From a virus (Duplodnaviria > Heunggongvirae > Uroviricota > Caudoviricetes): a stretch of DNA of 11,496 bases. The translations under genes and the position numbers were made by a program. The stretch spans positions 1 to 11,496 of the IMG/VR virus record IMGVR_UViG_2541047847_000003; one strand, given 5' to 3'. The notes beneath the pieces are model-generated. The model made no database searches, was not told the DNA's origin, and saw only the letters and a program-made list of their open reading frames with translations. Positions 5,131-11,496 of this stretch are shown here, piece by piece (position 1 is the stretch's first letter; each line of letters opens with the position of its first letter).

Positions 5131-6948
5131 TTAATTTTTGCTATCGTCATTAGTGACCGATACACATGATGGCATCCAGTCTTCTGATTCCTCCGTCAGT
5201 GTCACGTTTGAACGCAAACCGTGCTTCGTTTTCCGTTTCATATACTCCCTGCCATATTCCGCCATTGCCCCCGGCATATCTTTACCGAAGCGCGTCAGTG
5301 TTACAGGTTTACCAAACCCATGTGCCCTCATATAAGCCAGATAGGCATGATAGAGATACCTGCGTGGGCTGAATGGCACAATTTCAGCATTACCCACTAA
5401 CAGGCCATCACACATTACCGACGCCATGAGATAGCCGCAGAAGTCCACCAGCGAATCCCCCTCTCGCTTTATCGCCAGTGCTTCTTCAGATTTCTGCTGC
5501 TCATATAACAGGCGTCTGGCTTCGTCCTGGTCAGCAAACCGTGTAAGCAGATGGCGAATCACTACCGCCAACTCACCTTCTATTTTTTCCGCCAGCATTG
5601 GATCGCGTTCGTTCTCCGGTACAACTTCCGAAAAATTGAATATCACCCGACGACGTGAGATCCCCCCGCTGCGGTCACTGAATGACATGGCGTTATTGTT
5701 AACCGCCAGCACTACTGCCGGAATACGCGTTGAGTAGGGGGCTTTGTGTTTCGGGTCAATTGCCACCTTGTCACCGCCTGTAATGGCCTTAATTCCTGCC
5801 CCATCACCAGCGTAGCGGGTCATATCCGGCATGATAATCAGCGAAAAGCCAACCACTAACGCGCGTTCCCTTGCATCTTCCAGCGCCTTCATGCTTGCCG
5901 ATACTGTGTTGGCCTTACCCGCCAGCATGGTGCAAATCTCCGCCATCACGCTTTTACCACTTCCCCCTGGACCTGTTACCTCAATGAATAACTGCCAGTC
6001 GTACCGGTTCGCCAGCACCATGAATAATGCAGCCAGTACGCGATCCGCCTTGCGGTCATTCTCAGCCACCGAACGGCGTAACCACTTCCAGAAATTCGGC
6101 GCATGTGTTGCCAGCGTTTCCCCCTCTGCTGGTGGGCTGAAAGGTAATTCACTGGCAATTAACAACCAGTCGTTTTTGTTATGCTCCCGAAAATTACCTG
6201 TTCTGGTATCAAATACCCCGTTACTGAATCCAATCAGGTTACGGGCTGTATTCCCCATTACAGGCAAACTTAACTTCATGGTATCGACCGCCGATTTAAT
6301 GGCGTTCTGCGAATAGCTGATCTCTGCATCAATGAAAATCTGCGCCATAGCTCGCTGTAATTCTTTATCCTGTACTGGCTCCCATACAACGCCGTTGTAA
6401 TGGTGAACAGTGTCAGAGTCAGCATGAATCGCCAGTTCACCGCCATAATGTGCCAGGAGAACTTCGCCGCGTTGACTTGCTCCCATCTGGTTAAGCGCCA
6501 GTGATGAAGCGTTATCGTCTTTTACCCGCTCTTTTTTCTTTACAGGCAGTTCAACTACCTTTTTCTTTTCCGCCAGCTCTGCCCGTTCACGTTCCAGATA
6601 TTCGCGCCAGTTCTCCCGTTTCTGGCTGTGCATTCCTTCAGGGTAATAATCAGCATCCCTGACACCTGCCGCTGCCAGTTTCTGCCCGATGGTATTAACA
6701 AGCCCCGGACGCAATAACCCCGCCTGATAGAGACGCACGCGATAGCGTCCGTCCGGTACGATTTGCAGGTTGTCCAGTTCGGCAAGTTGTTGCTCTCCAA
6801 GCCAGACAGGAGGCACGTTATCGCCAGCCAGTCGCCCGTCCTGTTCCTGCCACTGCTTCGCATGTGCCCACGCATCACTACCCGCAAAAATGATGACTTC
6901 CGTCATTTTGTCACGCGGCTGGTGTTTTAAATTTGGCGCTTTTTTCAT
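5131..6948 (-). CDS. P4 alpha-like replication protein (primase/helicase family, D5-type P-loop NTPase)
   Basis: Walker A GPGGSGKS and a Walker B-like hydrophobic stretch; adjacent TGTTCACC iterons. Start set at the ATG giving MKKAPNL (GGAGAGAG upstream); the ORF track start at 6963 is a GTG. No primase catalytic motif was identified by eye. Confidence 0.8.
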   Translation of the reverse strand: MKKAPNLKHQPRDKMTEVIIFAGSDAWAHAKQWQEQDGRLAGDNVPPVWLGEQQLAELDNLQIVPDGRYRVRLYQAGLLRPGLVNTIGQKLAAAGVRDADYYPEGMHSQKRENWREYLERERAELAEKKKVVELPVKKKERVKDDNASSLALNQMGASQRGEVLLAHYGGELAIHADSDTVHHYNGVVWEPVQDKELQRAMAQIFIDAEISYSQNAIKSAVDTMKLSLPVMGNTARNLIGFSNGVFDTRTGNFREHNKNDWLLIASELPFSPPAEGETLATHAPNFWKWLRRSVAENDRKADRVLAALFMVLANRYDWQLFIEVTGPGGSGKSVMAEICTMLAGKANTVSASMKALEDARERALVVGFSLIIMPDMTRYAGDGAGIKAITGGDKVAIDPKHKAPYSTRIPAVVLAVNNNAMSFSDRSGGISRRRVIFNFSEVVPENERDPMLAEKIEGELAVVIRHLLTRFADQDEARRLLYEQQKSEEALAIKREGDSLVDFCGYLMASVMCDGLLVGNAEIVPFSPRRYLYHAYLAYMRAHGFGKPVTLTRFGKDMPGAMAEYGREYMKRKTKHGLRSNVTLTEESEDWMPSCVSVTNDDSKN

Positions 6949-7244
6949 TTCTGCTCTCTCCACGCGGCAATCATGTTTTTCAGTTCCTGTAGTTTTTTAT
7001 CCACATCCACACGTGACACATGGTTATTTCTGGAAGTCGGGATTTCCCGCCGGAATCTGCAAATAAAGATCTCCACGTTCAGCGAACTAAGAAATGAATA
7101 GCCATCACGAATAAAATACACACGGTCAAACATCAGTTCTTTTACCGTTACTCTGTTACCGTTCTTATCCAGATAAATAGCGCCGGGGATAATTTTGGGG
7201 TGTGCATAACCGCTGGCAGTCAAGCCAGATAAATATGTTCTCAT
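6945..7244 (-). CDS. Hypothetical protein, 99 aa, translationally coupled to the alpha-like gene
   Basis: Stop overlaps the alpha start (ATGA); no recognisable motifs. Confidence 0.55.
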   Translation of the reverse strand: MRTYLSGLTASGYAHPKIIPGAIYLDKNGNRVTVKELMFDRVYFIRDGYSFLSSLNVEIFICRFRREIPTSRNNHVSRVDVDKKLQELKNMIAAWREQK

Positions 7245-7250
7245 GATTAT

Positions 7251-7571
7251 TTATCCCCGATTTGAATCAGTATTCGCTTTCTTTATGGCATTTAATGCAT
7301 CTGTGGCATTTTCAATGGTGCACCGTAACGAAATATCAAACTGCCCAAGCATTGCCAGTAACAAACCGATATTACCCATATCAATGCGCATAGCCTTTTC
7401 GTCATAGTCCTCATTTTCTGACGCATGCCACATCAGACTACCAATTGACGCAACAGCCATTGATATATTGTCAGTAGCCCCATCCGCAGCGGAATAAACC
7501 TTTTTAGCAATATCATGCTCACAGTTAAAATGCGGATTAATCAGGTACTGGTAATTTGACATATCAGGCAT
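7251..7571 (-). CDS. Hypothetical protein, 106 aa
   Basis: ORF in the same operon; its start overlaps the stop of the upstream 67-aa ORF (ATGCCTGA). Confidence 0.55.
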   Translation of the reverse strand: MPDMSNYQYLINPHFNCEHDIAKKVYSAADGATDNISMAVASIGSLMWHASENEDYDEKAMRIDMGNIGLLLAMLGQFDISLRCTIENATDALNAIKKANTDSNRG

Positions 7572-7767
7572 GGCACACCCCCTGACGAATACGGGCGGCG
7601 AATACCATCACGCAGCCAGCCGGGGATTGCTGGCGTGCTTCCTGTTCGCTGGTGGCCACGATGTGAATCACGCGCGGTTGTGCGGTGCTCAGGGCGATAA
7701 AACGCCAGATGTATTTATTCAGGTCGTGCGAGTCCCGCCCTTGCGGGTGTGTGGTATGATTTCTCAT
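7564..7767 (-). CDS. Hypothetical small protein, 67 aa, first gene of the replication operon
   Basis: Internal ATG of the 320-aa track ORF, preceded by GAGG; the sequence upstream in that frame looks non-coding. Stop is coupled to the next gene. Confidence 0.45.
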   Translation of the reverse strand: MRNHTTHPQGRDSHDLNKYIWRFIALSTAQPRVIHIVATSEQEARQQSPAGCVMVFAARIRQGVCHA

Positions 7768-7863
7768 AGCTACCTCGATACGCTTTCTATCGTTGGTGGT
7801 TAGAAGCCCGGTTAGTGTTAGCGCACTGCCGGGTTTCGTCGTTTCTGCACCTTGCATCAACAA

Positions 7864-7917
7864 GGTGTTGAACACCAATTTAAGCCTAGGTGTTAAACAC
7901 GTCAAGTGTTGAACACT
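7864..7917. promoter_or_regulatory. Three operator-like inverted repeats (GGTGTTGAACACC, GGTGTTAAACAC, AGTGTTGAACACT) in a divergent promoter region
   Basis: Repeats at 7864..7876, 7889..7900 and 7905..7917. The third overlaps a candidate -35 (TTGAAC) placed 17 bp from CATACT for the plus-strand gene. Confidence 0.6.
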
Positions 7918-7966
7918 TATTTTTTTTCCTGCATACTGCATTTGTTTTTTGTAAGGGGTACACAAC

Positions 7967-8146
7967 ATGGCGACAAAAGCAGTAAACGCAAAATCACAAA
8001 CAGTTGCGGCAAGGGTTCCGCATGAAGTTATGAACAATGTTGAGGCGGTAAAAATGCCTGGTGAAAGTACAGGGCAGTTTGTAACAGCAGCATTAAAGCG
8101 AGAAGTTGAATACCGCCAGCGTCGCAAGGCCAAAGAGCAGGAGTAA
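7967..8146 (+). CDS. Small ribbon-helix-helix-like protein, 59 aa; candidate repressor
   Basis: Below the ORF-track length cutoff. AGGGG Shine-Dalgarno 8 nt upstream. Pattern QTVAARVPHEVMNNVEAV...GESTGQFVTAALKRE fits a beta-strand/helix/helix RHH layout. Confidence 0.5.
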   Translation: MATKAVNAKSQTVAARVPHEVMNNVEAVKMPGESTGQFVTAALKREVEYRQRRKAKEQE

Positions 8147-8203
8147 CCATCACCAGCGCCGTGGTGCGGTGAACTGTGGCGCACAGGGTTACAGGTATCT
8201 ACG

Positions 8204-8383
8204 ATGACTGACAAATCATTAAAGAAATTATCCTCATCCAAGAAAAAACAACGCAAAAATGCGGTAAACGAACATGAACCGGAGAGATTCGCACCATGTG
8301 CGTTTGTCCTTGAGAAGTACCTTAAAGAGTATTCTAGGAAAATACGCTCATTGCAGGCATGGCAGCGAATCGAGCCAGACTGA
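8204..8383 (+). CDS. Hypothetical small basic protein, 59 aa
   Basis: ORF found by hand downstream of the RHH-like gene and before the plus-strand terminator; weak Shine-Dalgarno. Confidence 0.3.
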   Translation: MTDKSLKKLSSSKKKQRKNAVNEHEPERFAPCAFVLEKYLKEYSRKIRSLQAWQRIEPD

Positions 8384-8447
8384 TAGCATTGCCCACCAGC
8401 CAACAACCTGGTATTCTGGATATGCTCAAGTTTAGTGTTATGCCACT

Positions 8448-8477
8448 GGCGACCGCCCTTGGTCGCCTTTGTTTTAT
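8448..8477 (+). terminator. Rho-independent terminator (plus strand)
   Basis: GGCGACC, loop GCCCTT, GGTCGCC, followed by TTTGTTTTAT. Confidence 0.6.
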
Positions 8478-8494
8478 GTGTCATAGCTCCCCCC

Positions 8495-8719
8495 CTACGC
8501 TGCCTTACCTGAATTAACGCGGTCACGGCTTTGCACCCAGTCCATAACTTCGGAAAGCAACCAGCCTACAGAACGCCCCCCAAGATTACGGCGAGACGGA
8601 AAGCCCCCTTTCTTCTCCAGTTCGTAGCGTGTAGTACGGCTGACGCCTGTTAACTTACGACATTCATCTTCACGAATTACGCGATCTGTTAGTGATTGAA
8701 ATTGTGTATTTTGATTCAT
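8495..8719 (-). CDS. alpA: AlpA-family transcriptional regulator / excisionase-like HTH protein
   Basis: 74 aa; RKLTGVSRTTRYELEKKGGFPSRRNLGGRSVGWLLSEVMDWV matches the AlpA/Vis-type HTH pattern; GAGGG Shine-Dalgarno. Confidence 0.8.
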   Translation of the reverse strand: MNQNTQFQSLTDRVIREDECRKLTGVSRTTRYELEKKGGFPSRRNLGGRSVGWLLSEVMDWVQSRDRVNSGKAA

Positions 8720-8822
8720 AAAAACACCCTCGAACGTAACCGAACAAGGGCATCTTATTTACCATAGCAGTTGGTGCAATATTGGAAAAATAAACTTTAT
8801 TCTAATTTATCGTTCTCCATGA

Positions 8823-9677
8823 TTAATTTTCATTAGATAACATTTTTCTTATTTTTTCTAAAGAATCGCTGCGCATTATTTTTTCTAAGAAGGGTTTTAC
8901 AGTCTGAGCAATAGCAAAGGTGTCCTTTTCACCATCAGGATACAAAGATACGGCAAGCACCCCTAATGAAATTTTTCTATCTGTAGACAACTCCCAAGAT
9001 AATAAGTCAATTAATGGGATTATCTTATAATCAATAATTTTACGTCGTATGCTCTCCCAACTTCCTGCAATTGGTTTGTCTGGCTCAACAATTGAAAGTT
9101 CACTACGCCATTTTGGTAATAGTTTTGTAAACGCTTCAATCAACTCATCATCTCTGTTATGTAGTAAGTCAACAGAAACAAGCATATTATCTAATGTATC
9201 AGAAAGGAGATTCACTGGTTCACGCATCACAGCCCAAAACATCCCATTATCTTCTGATATTAAACTTCCAACCATCTCATTATCTATGATGATTGGTTTA
9301 TCCTTCCAATATCCTCTTTCCGCAGTCAGTTTATTAATCATTGATATATCAAACCTTGTTACAGGTTTAATTCCATCATCATAACTTAGCTCAATTAACT
9401 TCGGCTGCACTTTATGGTCATATTCTTTTTGTTTATCACAAAACCAATCGTCTTCTTTCAGCTCTCCAAATGGATCCCCATAATTATTATGCAACGGGTA
9501 TTCAGCACCAAACATAAAACCATATTCAGGCATCTCAGAATGTTTCATTGTTAAATCATCTTGTCGCCAATATAATTGGCGAAATAGATCTTTATCCGAC
9601 AAGTTTTCTAGGCAATCATATTTGCCTAAATCAAATGACTTTGGTAAATCTTTTTTACTATTTACTTTTTTCGTCAT
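8823..9677 (-). CDS. Hypothetical 284-aa protein, AT-rich cargo gene immediately downstream of int
   Basis: Long ORF whose start overlaps the int stop by 4 bp. Visibly more AT-rich than the neighbouring genes (not computed). No motif I recognise. Confidence 0.7.
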   Translation of the reverse strand: MTKKVNSKKDLPKSFDLGKYDCLENLSDKDLFRQLYWRQDDLTMKHSEMPEYGFMFGAEYPLHNNYGDPFGELKEDDWFCDKQKEYDHKVQPKLIELSYDDGIKPVTRFDISMINKLTAERGYWKDKPIIIDNEMVGSLISEDNGMFWAVMREPVNLLSDTLDNMLVSVDLLHNRDDELIEAFTKLLPKWRSELSIVEPDKPIAGSWESIRRKIIDYKIIPLIDLLSWELSTDRKISLGVLAVSLYPDGEKDTFAIAQTVKPFLEKIMRSDSLEKIRKMLSNEN

Positions 9678-10894
9678 TGTATCCCTCTCAATATCACAAT
9701 ATTTTCATTATATCCTGCAATCATATCAAGACGCTCAACCCATAGATGCAGTGCGTCCCGTTTCGCCTGCAAATAGCGTGAATGGTTATAGGTTTTTTGC
9801 TGACCTGGCATCTGATGCGCTGTGATGTGCTCCACGATATGCGGATCGACACCTAAATCATTCAGCATAGTTGTAAACGTGTGTCGGAAATCATGCAGCG
9901 TCCAGTGTTCCTGCTTAAGCCGCTTATGCGCATTTCGTCCATATTGCGCCACCGTGGTATCTTTTTTCAGTTCGCCGAGTAATAACCCAGTGTGTGCGTT
10001 TTGCTCCACCAGCTTCTGAATGAACGGCAAAATACCATCAGGAATAGGTCGGAATATTGTTACCTTCGTTTTGCTGTGCTCTTTTGGCACTGTCCACAAC
10101 ATTTCTTTCAGATCCCATTCTTTGATCTCTGAAAGTCTGATCTCTGCCGTTCTGCACCCGAACACAATTAACAAGCGCATTAACGCACTGTAATAGGGAG
10201 CGAACACATCACCATCAATAGCGCGTAGAATTTCTTTTAGTTCGCTGTTGCTGTGCACTCTCTCGCGGATTTCTGCTCTCTTACCCACATCAGTAACGAT
10301 CAAATCGTCCAGGGCGTTGCTAAACGCGTAGCGCCGCCTGCGGCAAAACTTTAGCGCCTGTTTGCATGTCTGCATGACATGGCCCGCTGCTACTGGTGCT
10401 TTTTTTCGTACGCGGTCAAAACATGCGATCCACTGCCTTGTATCACACTTATCAAGGGGAATTGCCCCGATATGGCAAATGATGTGCTTATCCATACGCT
10501 GCACCAGCTTTATGTAATCTTTGCGGTTATCCTTCGCGTATTCCTCCAGCCAGTAGTTAATCGCTTCCTTCACCGTAACGGGTTTTAGTGCTTCCTGTAC
10601 TGTGGCGCACAACTCATACCGAGGGTTTTTACCCTCAGCCAGCCATGCCCGGCACTGTGTTCGCTTTTCCCTTGCAGATTTCAGCGACAATTCCGGGTAA
10701 GCCCCCAGCTTTAACCGCTCTGCGGCAACCTCACGGCCTCCCGTTCGGTACCGGAAATACCAGGTTAATTTACCTCCCTTTGAGTGTTTAATCTCCAGCC
10801 CGCCCCCGTCGGAGTAAAAACGTTCTTTTTCTGCCTGGACAGCCACCAATTTTTTTAACGTTGAATCGCTCAGTTTGTTTAGTGCTTTTCCCAC
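9674..10894 (-). CDS. int: Tyrosine recombinase, P4-type integrase family
   Basis: 406 aa. N-terminal arm-binding-type region (GGKLTWYFRYRTGGREV...LGAYPELSLKSAREK); C-terminal catalytic motifs HDFRHTF and YNHSRY; GTG start. Confidence 0.9.
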   Translation of the reverse strand: MGKALNKLSDSTLKKLVAVQAEKERFYSDGGGLEIKHSKGGKLTWYFRYRTGGREVAAERLKLGAYPELSLKSAREKRTQCRAWLAEGKNPRYELCATVQEALKPVTVKEAINYWLEEYAKDNRKDYIKLVQRMDKHIICHIGAIPLDKCDTRQWIACFDRVRKKAPVAAGHVMQTCKQALKFCRRRRYAFSNALDDLIVTDVGKRAEIRERVHSNSELKEILRAIDGDVFAPYYSALMRLLIVFGCRTAEIRLSEIKEWDLKEMLWTVPKEHSKTKVTIFRPIPDGILPFIQKLVEQNAHTGLLLGELKKDTTVAQYGRNAHKRLKQEHWTLHDFRHTFTTMLNDLGVDPHIVEHITAHQMPGQQKTYNHSRYLQAKRDALHLWVERLDMIAGYNENIVILRGIQ

Positions 10895-10928
10895 TATCAG
10901 ATCCTCTTTTCAGTCCTCCAGCCTCAAA

Positions 10929-10995
10929 AAACTGACCACACAACTGACCACACATTTCGCTGAAACTCGGCAAACAACAACGAACAGCAACAAAC
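10929..10995. repeat. int-proximal arm block: tandem AACTGACCACAC x2 plus CAACAACGAACA-type repeats; homologous to 161..235
   Basis: AACTGACCACAC at 10929..10940 and 10941..10952, about 30 bp upstream of the int start. Confidence 0.6.
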
Positions 10996-11082
10996 GAGAA
11001 AGCCAATTAAATCATTGTATATCAAACATATACACAAACAATCACGAACATCCCAGAACTACAAAAAACACTAAATGAGAAA

Positions 11083-11096
11083 ATACGGGTATTTCT
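11083..11096. other. attR core: ATACGGGTATTTCT
   Basis: Identical to 82..95; continuous on its right with chromosomal thiM leader sequence. Confidence 0.75.
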
Positions 11097-11127
11097 CAGC
11101 CTTCACAAAGAAGGGCACCCCGAGTCG
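11083..11127 (-). promoter_or_regulatory. thiM: 5' part of the thiM TPP riboswitch aptamer, separated from its 3' half by the island
   Basis: Reverse complement reads CGACUCGGGGUGCCCUUCUUUGUGAAGGCUGAGAAAUACCCGUAU, the 5' half of the thiM aptamer including the conserved CUGAGA element. Confidence 0.8.
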
Positions 11128-11223
11128 TTTGGTTGCGATAATAAATCGCAGAGGAGGATGGTAATGTCCAGCGCACGCGTTGTAAACGGGGAAAAACGGC
11201 GGTATTACAATAACGTTGTGAAA

Positions 11224-11496
11224 TTATTTGATATAAGAATCCAGCACCTTCAGAACGACATCCAGATCTTCTTCTCGTTTTAGCTCATCCCCCTGGTGAA
11301 CGATGTGTTCCGTCAGATGGCCTTTAATCACTTCCCGCATCAGACCGTTTACCGCGCCACGGATAGCAGCAATCTGTTGTAAAACTGCAGCGCATTCATG
11401 CGGTTCGTCGAGCATTTTCTTGAGCGCCACGACCTGGCCCTGAATCTTACTGGCACGCGCTTTCAGTTTCTGTTTATCACGGATTGTATGAGACAT
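11224..11496 (-). CDS. rcnR: Ni/Co-responsive transcriptional repressor RcnR (CsoR/RcnR family)
   Basis: 90-aa translation [61 protein letters not shown]... matches E. coli RcnR as I recall it; complete CDS ending at the window edge. Confidence 0.85.

Larger units (their letters stand above)
82..11096. mobile_element. Integrated phage satellite (P4/PICI-like) with lambda-type cos, terS, capsid and decoration genes
   Basis: Bounded by 14-bp direct repeats. Contains int, alpA, alpha-like primase, iteron origin, cos, terS, MCP and decoration genes, with chromosomal thiM leader and rcnR outside. Confidence 0.85.

Noticed and set aside
6395-6440. Isolated GGTGAACA and GTTCACC matches inside the alpha-like coding sequence
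   Set aside because: Single copies without clustering or AT-rich context; probably chance or coding constraint rather than a second origin.
7564-8526. 320-aa minus-strand ORF spanning the divergent promoter region
   Set aside because: Its composition (Cys/Ser/Thr/Arg/His-rich) looks like a non-coding frame, and it overlaps the operator cluster, two well-formed plus-strand small genes and a terminator. Only the last 67 codons (7564..7767), which have a Shine-Dalgarno and a coupled stop, were kept.
10788-11078. Two overlapping ORFs (72 aa minus, 67 aa plus) across the int upstream region
   Set aside because: They cover the arm repeats and att core, have low-complexity translations and no ribosome-binding sites; they are artefacts of the repeat sequence.
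11158-11283. Short plus-strand ORF with a strong GAGGAGG Shine-Dalgarno, antisense to the 3' end of rcnR
   Set aside because: It lies in what should be the thiM promoter and leader region on the opposite strand; the apparent Shine-Dalgarno is the complement of leader sequence. I know of no gene here, so it is unsupported without conservation or expression data.

Overview
Almost the whole window is one integrated phage satellite of about 11.0 kb (82..11096), inserted into the leader (TPP riboswitch) of the chromosomal thiM gene, with rcnR at the right edge. The element is a mosaic. It has a P4-family tyrosine integrase, an AlpA-family regulator, and a P4 alpha-like primase/helicase next to an origin made of TGTTCACC iterons. 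It also carries a lambda-type packaging and capsid set: a cos site whose cosQ/cosN region is near-identical to phage lambda, a Nu1-like small terminase, a small FI-like protein, a gpE-like major capsid protein and a gpD-like decoration protein. No large terminase, portal, protease, scaffold or tail genes are present. This points to a satellite that exploits a lambda-like helper by supplying its own capsid shell and packaging specificity, which is the main candidate for an undescribed system here. Other notable features are a three-operator divergent switch with a small RHH-like gene, and an AT-rich 284-aa cargo gene translationally coupled to int. All homology calls come from reading the translations against remembered reference sequences; nothing was searched or computed.
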